NCBI GenBank assembly: GCA_017886205.1
Contig: JAFNEO010000053.1
Location: forward strand, 64,126-128,125
DNA length: 64,000 bases
Reading direction: 5' to 3'
From: Candidatus Aminicenantes bacterium
Lineage (GTDB): Bacteria; Acidobacteriota; Aminicenantia; Aminicenantales; UBA8522
In this document: positions 57,108 through 64,000 of the stretch, piece by piece
Layout: every line of letters starts with the position of its first letter
Position numbering within the stretch: the first letter of the stretch is position 1
The notes under the pieces: model-generated
The model's input: only the letters and a program-made list of their open reading frames with translations
The model's database searches: none
What the model was told of the DNA's origin: nothing
Program-made: the position numbers and the translations under genes

Positions 57108-58245
57108 CTATGATGCCGGCGCCGCCTTTTTCCTCAGTACCAAACTGGCTTTAACGAATTCATCCAGGTCGCCGTCCAGGACCTTTTCGACATCTCCAGT
57201 TTCCACCCGCGTCCGCAGGTCCTTGATCAGCCGGTAGGGGTGGAGAACATAGGACCGGATCTGGTTTCCCCAGGCGATGTCGGATTTCGATTCTTCCATC
57301 TTTTCGAATTTTTCCAGTTGTTTTTTCTTTTTCATCTCGTACAGGCGCGCTTTCAGGACCTTCATGGCGGACGCTTTATTCTTGTGCTGGGACCTCTCGT
57401 TCTGGCATTGGACGACGATCCCGGTGGGGAGGTGGGTGATGCGAACGGCCGAATCGGTGACGTTGACGTGCTGACCGCCCTTGCCGCCGGCGCGGTAGGT
57501 ATCGATCTTAAGGTCGTCCGGGCTGATGTCCACTTCGATGTCCTCCTCGACCTCAGGAAAGACGAAGACGGCAGCGAAAGAGGTGTGCCGCCGTTTATTC
57601 GAGTCGAAGGGTGAGATCCGCACAAGTCGATGGACGCCGGATTCCTGGCTGAGATGGCCAAAGGCATAATCGCCTTCGACCCGAACAGTGACGCTTTTGA
57701 TCCCGGCTTCTTCCCCCGGCATGGAATCGAGAACCTCTGTCTTATAGCCCTTGCGCTCGGCATACCTCAGGTACATGCGAAGGAGCATCTGCGCCCAATC
57801 CTGAGACTCGGTCCCGCCAGCGCCCGGATGGATAGTAAATAGGGCGGTGCGGCCGTCGTCTTCTTCGAAGAATAGACTCTGCAGCTCGGCCTCTTCGAGG
57901 CTCTTGGCCAGAGCGGACAGGGAGCGATCGAGCTCTTCGCCGACGTCTTCTCCTTCTGCAGCCAGCTCGGCTAAGACCTCGACCTCTTCCTTCTTTTCCT
58001 CCAGGCGGGAGAAGGCGGCGACATCGCGCTCGAGTCTTTTTCTTTTCTGCTGGAGGAGCTGAGACTTCTTCTGGTCCTGCCAGGTCTCCGGCGCTGAGAG
58101 TTCAGCGGTGACGGCGGCGAGCTCGATTTGTTTTCTCTCTAGGTCAAAGAAAACCTCGGATCTCTTCGAACTTCAGGAGATGTTCCTTGATCCGGGCTTG
58201 AAGCTCAGTCAGCCTGTCCACGGGGATGGGATTTTTTTCGCTCAT
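57108..58245 (-). CDS. prfB: peptide chain release factor 2 (programmed +1 frameshift)
   Basis: ORF0 MSEKNPIPVDRLTELQARIKEHLLKFEEIRGFL ends at CTT TGA C. The +1 frame continues DLERKQ...FTIHPGAGGTESQDW...SPFDS..RRHTSF...GGQHVN. A GTG at 58221 gives a 25-codon ORF0, the same length as in E. coli. Confidence 0.85.
58143..58149 (-). other. prfB +1 programmed frameshift site CUU UGA C with an upstream SD-like GAGG
   Basis: Read directly on the minus strand: GAGGTTTTCTTTGAC. Confidence 0.85.
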
Positions 58246-59746
58246 TCTTTCTCTTAATCAGGGCCAGGATAATGAAGAGGCCGCTCAAAGTCAAGCTGAG
58301 GTAGGGGAGGATGTCTCCGTGTCGGGCATAGAAAGAGAGCTTTTCAATCGGCCTGATCCTCCCGCTGAGATAGGTTTCGGTCATTAGTCTGGTTCGGGCC
58401 AGGACACGGCCGTAAGGGTCGACGATGCCGCTGATCCCGGTCGTGGCCGCCCGAAGCAGATAACGCCTGTTCTCGACGGCCCGGAAGACCGCGATCAGGA
58501 AGTGCTGCTGGGGCGAAGCGCTCTCTCCGTACCAGCCGTCGTTGGTGATGGTCACCAGGAATTGGGCGCCCTTTTTGGTGAACTTGCGGACCAGCCCAGG
58601 AAAGATGATCTCGTAGCAGATGGGAGTACCGAACTTCTTGCCTTCATAGGAATGCAGGACTTGAGACCTGCCGGGAGTGACCGCGCCGATGGCGTGGGTC
58701 ACCTTCTCGATAAAAGAAAAGACCTTCTTGTACGGCGTGTATTCACCGAAAGGGACCAGGTGCATCTTATGGTACTGGGTCATAGACAAGTCGGGGTGAA
58801 GACACAGTGCCGTGTTGAGATAGAGGGAGTCTCCCTTTTCGACGACCGTCTCGTTGGTTCCGAGGAGGAGAGTCCGGCCGGTCATCCGGACAAAATCGCA
58901 AAGGATTTCCTTGAGATAGATATACAGCGGCTCAGTGCAACTGAAACACAGAGGGACGGAGAACTCGGGCCAGATGATCAGTCCGGCGCCGTCGGCGGCA
59001 GCCCGGCGGCTGAGTTTGAGATGACGGTCGAACAGCTTCCCGATCTCTTCACTGGAGATCCGGTCCCAATAGATGTCCGAGGAGACGTTTCCCTGGATGA
59101 CGGCGACCGGAAACGGCTCTCCCGACGGGAGGGGTGCTTTCAGGCTCATGAGCCCGGCGGCATGGAGGAACAGCACGACCGACAGGCCGAAGAAGAAGGG
59201 CGGCCGTTTTCGAGCGACGATGGAGAGCACAAACAGGCTCTGCAAGAGGACAAGGGCAAAAGACAGTCCGTAGACCCCAGTCACCGAGGCCAGCTGGAGA
59301 AAGGGCAAGTTTCTTACCTGGCTGTAGCCCAGAAGCCCCCAGGGAAAGCCGGTAAATAGGTAAGTGAAGATATATTCCCAGGAGATCCAGATCAGGGGCG
59401 CCGCAACGAGCGCTCCACGAGGAAAGGAAATCCCGACCCGGCCCAACACATAGGCGAAACCTGCCCAGGAAAGCGCCATGAATGCGACCAGGACGAGGTA
59501 GATAAGTCCGCTGAGAACGGGAGAAAGGCCGCCGTAATGCGCGGGAACATAAGGGATCCAATAGAGGAGGACGGCGTAATAAACGAACCCGCCAACGAAT
59601 CCGATGCGGAAGGCCTGTCCCGGGGTTTTCTTGAGGAGAGAGAACAGGAGTGGGATCAGACAAATCCAGGCCAGAAAGAAGAGGTCGAATTTGGGAAAGC
59701 AAAGGGCGGTGAGAACGCCGCTTACAATGGCCAGAAGGAAGGACAT
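58205..59746 (-). CDS. lnt: apolipoprotein N-acyltransferase
   Basis: N-terminal multi-TM domain plus a CN-hydrolase domain (WPE...E/K/C triad region). 513 aa. Confidence 0.85.
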   Translation of the reverse strand: MSFLLAIVSGVLTALCFPKFDLFFLAWICLIPLLFSLLKKTPGQAFRIGFVGGFVYYAVLLYWIPYVPAHYGGLSPVLSGLIYLVLVAFMALSWAGFAYVLGRVGISFPRGALVAAPLIWISWEYIFTYLFTGFPWGLLGYSQVRNLPFLQLASVTGVYGLSFALVLLQSLFVLSIVARKRPPFFFGLSVVLFLHAAGLMSLKAPLPSGEPFPVAVIQGNVSSDIYWDRISSEEIGKLFDRHLKLSRRAAADGAGLIIWPEFSVPLCFSCTEPLYIYLKEILCDFVRMTGRTLLLGTNETVVEKGDSLYLNTALCLHPDLSMTQYHKMHLVPFGEYTPYKKVFSFIEKVTHAIGAVTPGRSQVLHSYEGKKFGTPICYEIIFPGLVRKFTKKGAQFLVTITNDGWYGESASPQQHFLIAVFRAVENRRYLLRAATTGISGIVDPYGRVLARTRLMTETYLSGRIRPIEKLSFYARHGDILPYLSLTLSGLFIILALIKRKNERKKSHPRGQAD

Positions 59747-59760
59747 CTCAGCAGCGCTCG

Positions 59761-60390
59761 TCAGTCTCGGACGATAAAATAATCAGTCCTCTTGCCCGCC
59801 GCAGAGGACAGCTTCGCCCTGGCTTCCTCCGCTTTATCCCTGGTCAGGAAACCTCCAACCCTGACCCGGAAAACAGGCTTCTTATCCGTCGTCTGGGGCT
59901 CCAGGACCGCGACTGGATAGCCCATCTTGCGGAACCTCTGGGCCGATTCCTGGGCGGCCTGCCTCTCAGCCAGGGCTCCGACTTGCACGTAAAAGAGGTT
60001 TTCCTTTTCGACGGTTGCCTGCTGGTCGACTTTGACCTGAGCCTTGGGCTCTGCCGGCTGAGGTTCGACCTTTGGCTTTTCTTCGCGTTTCTCCGGGATG
60101 ATGTCCTTCTTCACCGGAGTGGCGTCTGTTTGAGCTGCAGCCGGCTTTTCGGCCGGCTCACGGGCAGGCTCCTGGTCCGGCTTCCTTTGGGGCAGCGAAA
60201 CGATCTTTTCCTTGACCTGCTCCGGTTCTTTTTGGGCGATGACATTGGCTTTCTGGGCCACCTGGGCATGTTTTTTACCGACCGAAACCCCCAAGAGAAA
60301 GATCACCACCCCGATGACCAGGATGCCTAAGAATATGATGGCCAGCTGAGTGCTGGAGACCTGGATCTCTCTGAACTCTCGATTTTTCAT
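59761..60390 (-). CDS. SPOR domain protein (cell-division / septal peptidoglycan binding)
   Basis: N-terminal TM segment, a Pro/Glu/Lys-rich linker and a C-terminal SPOR-like FYVQVGAL...FRVRVGGF. The ATG at 60390 is preferred over the GTG at 60393. Confidence 0.6.
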   Translation of the reverse strand: MKNREFREIQVSSTQLAIIFLGILVIGVVIFLLGVSVGKKHAQVAQKANVIAQKEPEQVKEKIVSLPQRKPDQEPAREPAEKPAAAQTDATPVKKDIIPEKREEKPKVEPQPAEPKAQVKVDQQATVEKENLFYVQVGALAERQAAQESAQRFRKMGYPVAVLEPQTTDKKPVFRVRVGGFLTRDKAEEARAKLSSAAGKRTDYFIVRD

Positions 60391-61154
60391 CACGATTTAT
60401 CCGCCCTCGGCTTTTCGAAGGAAAACGATCGCAGCAACTCCATCGGCAGAGGAAAGATGATAGTCGAATTCTTTTCCGTGGCGATCTCGGTCAGGGTTTG
60501 CAGGAAACGCAATTGCAGGGCCTGAGGGTTCTGGGAGATGATATCAGCGGCTTCGGTCAGCTTGCCGGCCGCCTGAAATTCGCCGTCGGCATGGATGACT
60601 TTGGCCCGGCGCTCGCGTTCTGCTTCCGCCTGTTTGGCGATCGCCCGGACCATCGTTTCAGGCAGGTCCACATGTTTCGTTTCCACGAGTTGGACCTTGA
60701 TCCCCCAGGGGTCGGTGTGCTTGTCCAGGATCTCCTGCAGCTGGGCGTTCAGCTTCTCCCGTTTGGAGAGGAGGTCGTCGAGCTCGACCTCACCCAGCAC
60801 GCTGCGCAAGGTCGTCTGGGCCAGCTGAGAGGTGGCATAAAGATAGTCCTGAACCTCGATGATCGCCTTGAGGGGTTCCATGACTCGGAAAAAGACGACG
60901 GCGTTGACCTTGGCCGAAACGTTGTCCTTGGTGATGACGTCCTGGGGAGGGATGTCCAGAGTGACCAGCCTCAGGCTTACCCGGAGCATGCGGTCGATCG
61001 GGGCGAAGACAAAGATCAAGCCGGGTCCTTTGGGTTGAGGGAGGACGCGCCCCAAGCGGAAGATGACGCCGCGCTCGTATTCACGGAGGACCTTGATGCA
61101 ATTCAGAAGATAAAGAACGATGATCCCGACGATGATGATCGGAACAGAGATCAT
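60390..61154 (-). CDS. SPFH/band-7 (stomatin-like) protein
   Basis: N-terminal TM segment plus an SPFH domain. By my count the start codon sits at 61151-61153; the track says 61154, a 1-nt discrepancy I could not resolve. Confidence 0.85.
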   Translation of the reverse strand: MISVPIIIVGIIVLYLLNCIKVLREYERGVIFRLGRVLPQPKGPGLIFVFAPIDRMLRVSLRLVTLDIPPQDVITKDNVSAKVNAVVFFRVMEPLKAIIEVQDYLYATSQLAQTTLRSVLGEVELDDLLSKREKLNAQLQEILDKHTDPWGIKVQLVETKHVDLPETMVRAIAKQAEAERERRAKVIHADGEFQAAGKLTEAADIISQNPQALQLRFLQTLTEIATEKNSTIIFPLPMELLRSFSFEKPRADKS

Positions 61155-61221
61155 GGAAACCTCCTTGTTCTCTATTCATCCCGACTTGCCGGCGCCGAGA
61201 GCGGGCCGGTCAGATCTGAGT

Positions 61222-62499
61222 TCACAGCTTGTCAACGCGAATCTTGAGAGAATCCAAAACCTGGGTTACCTTCACCTTGCTCCCCTTGGCGATGGGTTCT
61301 GCGGCCTCAGCGTTCCAGATCTCGCCGTGGACGAAGACCTTGCCTTCGGGGCTGAGGTCGGTTTGGGCGGTACCGATCTCCCCGACGAGCCCTTCCTTCC
61401 CGGTGGTGGCTTTTCTGGAATGGGCCCGGACCACGAGAAACAGGAGGAATAAAAAGATCAGGGAAAGACCGACGGCCAGAGGGATGATTATTTTCAGGCT
61501 CGGTTGGAGCTCGGGAATCGGGGAATCGATGAGCATGACGGAACCGATGACCATGGCGATGATTCCTCCTACGGCGAGTATTCCAAAACTTTGAACCTTG
61601 ACCTCGAGGAAGAATAGCCCGATGGCGAGAAGGATCAGAAGCAACGCCACATAGTTGATGGGCAGGATCTGGAACGAGAACATGGCCAGGAGAAGGCTGA
61701 TCCCTCCGAGTACCCCGGGGAGGATAGCGCCGGGGTGGGCGAATTCGAAATACAGCCCGAGGAGGCCGAGCATCAGAAGGATGTAGGCGAGGTTGGGGTT
61801 GGAGATTGTGAGTAGGAATTTCTGCCGGGCCGTCATCGGAATGTCGACGACCGCTTCACCCCTGAGCCGCAGCACGACCGTTTCTCCGTTGAACCTCTTC
61901 AGGGTTTGACCATCGAAATGGGCGATGATCTCGTCCTCGCTGCCGGCCACCAGGTCGATCAGGCCTTTCTCCAGAGCTTCCTTTTCGGTATAGGACAGGC
62001 TCTTGCGAACCGCATCTTCGGCCGCCTGGACATTGCGACCGCGCTTCTCAGCCAGGGTCTTGATGTAGGAGGCCGCGTCGTGGGTGACCTTCTCCTCCAT
62101 GGTTTTGTCCATGGCCTGTCCGGTGATGGAGATGCCCACCGGATGGGCGGCCCCCGTGTTCGTGCCCGGCGCCATGACGAAGAGGTCGGAGGCGATCCCG
62201 ATGTAGAATCCGGCCGAAGCCGCCCGAGCGCCGCCGGGACCGACATAGGTCATGACTGGGACGGGCGAGGCCAGTATCTTGGCGATGATCTCGCGCATGG
62301 CCGAGTCGAGTCCGCCGGGTGTGTTCAGGACGATAATCAGCAGGCTGGCGTTGTCCCTTCCGGCTTTCTCGATCGATCGCGTGATGTACTCGGAGGAGAT
62401 GGGATGCACGGGCGCATCGACTGTGATTCTGTAGATCGCGGCCGTGCTCGGGAGCGTGAGGAGGAAGAGAAATGCGGCCAGGCGAAGCGCTCGTTTCAT
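61222..62499 (-). CDS. NfeD-family membrane protease (ClpP-class serine protease domain plus OB-fold)
   Basis: I prefer the ATG at 62499, which gives the signal peptide MKRALRLAAFLFLLTLPSTAA. ClpP-like domain with GxSxG-type active-site region, TM helices and a C-terminal beta-barrel. Partner of the adjacent SPFH gene. Confidence 0.75.
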   Translation of the reverse strand: MKRALRLAAFLFLLTLPSTAAIYRITVDAPVHPISSEYITRSIEKAGRDNASLLIIVLNTPGGLDSAMREIIAKILASPVPVMTYVGPGGARAASAGFYIGIASDLFVMAPGTNTGAAHPVGISITGQAMDKTMEEKVTHDAASYIKTLAEKRGRNVQAAEDAVRKSLSYTEKEALEKGLIDLVAGSEDEIIAHFDGQTLKRFNGETVVLRLRGEAVVDIPMTARQKFLLTISNPNLAYILLMLGLLGLYFEFAHPGAILPGVLGGISLLLAMFSFQILPINYVALLLILLAIGLFFLEVKVQSFGILAVGGIIAMVIGSVMLIDSPIPELQPSLKIIIPLAVGLSLIFLFLLFLVVRAHSRKATTGKEGLVGEIGTAQTDLSPEGKVFVHGEIWNAEAAEPIAKGSKVKVTQVLDSLKIRVDKL

Positions 62500-62546
62500 A
62501 TTGATTTCATTATAAGTGCTGGGGGAAATCAAGTCAATAATGCGTC

Positions 62547-62575
62547 TTGACATTTTGGAGTTGATCCATTAATTA
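62547..62575 (+). promoter_or_regulatory. sigma70-like promoter (TTGACA-N17-TAATTA) for the HU/IHF gene
   Basis: Read directly. Confidence 0.35.
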
Positions 62576-62610
62576 TTATCTATCGTCCATCCGGACCGAA
62601 GGAGATTCAG

Positions 62611-62889
62611 ATGATCAAGAACGATCTCGCCCTTGCCATCGAGAAGAACTCGGAGTTCAATAGGGCTAAATCGCTGCGCATCGTTGAATCGATATTGAAA
62701 TCCTTGAAAGGGGCGCTGGAGAAGAACCAGAAGGTTGAAATCCGGGGGTTCGGAAGCTTCAGAGTGGTCGATAAGAAAACCGGGTATGGACGAGACATCC
62801 GGCGGAAAAAGCAGATCAAAATAGAAAAAGGAAAGCGGATCAAATTCCGCTCCGGCCAGGAATTGAAAAACACACTGGTCAGGAAATAG
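62611..62889 (+). CDS. HU/IHF family DNA-binding protein
   Basis: 92 aa. GFGSF..R....GRNP-like arm (GFGSFRVVDKKTGYGRDIRRKK). GAAGGAGA RBS. Confidence 0.85.
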   Translation: MIKNDLALAIEKNSEFNRAKSLRIVESILKSLKGALEKNQKVEIRGFGSFRVVDKKTGYGRDIRRKKQIKIEKGKRIKFRSGQELKNTLVRK

Positions 62890-62896
62890 ACGGGCG

Positions 62897-63895
62897 ATGC
62901 GAAAAGCTCAGACCTTTCGCCCGCGCCCCGCTCCGGGCGATCGATGGAGCGCCCGGACATCGTCGTTATCCCCATCATCGGGCCTGCGGACATACTCCCT
63001 CCTCTCCCGTCAGAGCAAGGTGACTGTCGGCGATTTTGCCAGGCCCTTCCAGCCGGAAAGCGGCCTAACCGGGTTCATCGACAGCCTTCCGGACATCCTG
63101 GCGGGAAAAGAGTTCAAGGATTTTCTCGTCCTTCTGGGGAAGGCCCGTGCGAAGAAGAAGCCTATTCTTTTTGGCTTGGGAGCCCATGTCATCAAGGTGG
63201 GATTAAATCCCGTCCTCATCCGCCTGATGAAGGACGGCTGGGTCAGCGGATTTGCCCTGAACGGCGCCGGCATCATCCACGATTTTGAGATCGCCTTCTG
63301 CGGTCGGACATCCGAGGATGTCGCCGTACAGATTCAGACCGGGAAGTTCGGGATGGCCCGGGAAACGGGCGAGATGTTGAATGCGGCCATCCTGAGCGGA
63401 GCCAGGCGGGGATGCGGGCTGGGCGCAGCGGTGGGAGGAATGATCGCCCGCTCCCGGCTTCCCTTCAAGGAACTCAGCCTGCTGGCATCCGCCCAAGAAC
63501 TCGGGATTCCGGTCAGCGTTCACGTGGCTATCGGGACGGATACAATCCACTTCCATCCTCGGTCAAGCGGTGAGGCCCTGGGCAAGACATCGCTGGCCGA
63601 TTTTTTCCTTTTTTGTTCGCTCGTGCAGAAGCTCGAGGGTGGTGGTGTCTATGTCAATATCGGTTCGGCCGTCGTCCTGCCCGAGGTCTTCCTAAAAGCC
63701 GTGAGCTACGTCCGGAACAGGGGAACGCGGCTCGAACGTTTTTCTACGGCCGTGTTCGATTTCCTTCATCACTACCGTCCGGAGCAGAACGTCGTCCGTC
63801 GTGTCGTAGGAAAAAAGGGGAGGGGCTTCTACTTCATCGGGCACCACGAGATCATGGTCCCGCTCTTGGCCGCTGCGCTCGGGACCGGTCGCTAG
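62897..63895 (+). CDS. deoxyhypusine synthase-like (DHS-like NAD-binding) family protein
   Basis: Alignable by eye to eukaryotic DHS: [14 protein letters not shown] ~ [28 protein letters not shown] ~ [30 protein letters not shown] ~ ILGGGVVKH. The N-terminal 40 aa look non-native, so the true start may be downstream. Confidence 0.5.
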   Translation: [332 protein letters not shown]

Positions 63896-64000
63896 ACCGG
63901 CCCTTCTTTTCCCGCGCTTGCTTTTTCCGGAAATCGGCCAGGAGACTGCGGTACAATCGTTCTGCCTGGGCTGCGGTCTCGGCAGGAGTGCCGGATGTGT

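Noticed and set aside
61151-61154. 1-nt inconsistency between my hand-mapped SPFH start codon (61151-61153) and the track coordinate (61154)
   Set aside because: Probably my own indexing slip in a long hand count. It does not affect the call.
60-63556. Dozens of long ORFs antisense to, or out of frame with, confidently assigned genes (e.g. 1083-1934, 2203-2892, 3967-5079, 20776-21609, 28383-29768, 30459-31442, 39679-40683, 43234-44478, 48409-49386, 49663-51015, 54292-55278)
   Set aside because: Typical stop-poor alternative frames of high-GC DNA. Each overlaps a gene with clear family signatures, and the translations are low-complexity Arg/Pro/Gly-rich.
1-64000. CRISPR arrays, IS elements, integrases, tRNA/rRNA genes
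   Set aside because: No direct-repeat/spacer periodicity was seen, no transposase or recombinase-like translations, and no intergenic region of suitable length and composition for structured RNA genes. A tRNA cannot be fully excluded without a covariance-model scan.

Overview
High-GC (~60%) bacterial chromosomal window, densely coding on both strands. No rRNA, tRNA, CRISPR array or transposase/integrase was recognised. Housekeeping content: ogt, mutY, argS, a tightly coupled gcvT-gcvH-gcvPA-gcvPB-glyQ-glyS operon, rnc, pyrC, pyrR, ribF, prfB (with its conserved programmed +1 frameshift), lnt, an SPFH/NfeD pair and an HU/IHF gene. Accessory content: a GldA/GldF/GldG-like ABC system plus a DUF4340 gene, a c-di-GMP phosphorelay (multi-PAS hybrid histidine kinase, Hpt, REC-GGDEF) and a PilZ gene, a Tat-signal radical SAM enzyme, a membrane-fused spermidine-synthase-like protein, and a deoxyhypusine-synthase-like protein. 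The standout is a 13-gene minus-strand operon (28125-40128). It encodes HdrC, HdrB, a four-subunit 2-oxoacid:ferredoxin oxidoreductase (delta, alpha, beta, gamma) inserted between hdrB and hdrA, HdrA, an MvhD/FlxD-like protein, three Flx/Asr-like FeS and flavin subunits, and a membrane-anchor-less SdhB/SdhA-like FeS-flavoprotein pair. Most junctions are ATGA/TAATG overlaps, pointing to a single, previously uncharacterised flavin-based electron bifurcating/confurcating complex. The gene content (Hdr, Kor, radical SAM) suggests an anaerobe, probably from an uncultivated lineage; this is inference only. The ORF track accepts GTG/TTG starts and often over-extends N-termini. I re-derived starts from in-frame ATGs, RBS-like motifs and stop/start overlaps and say so where I did.
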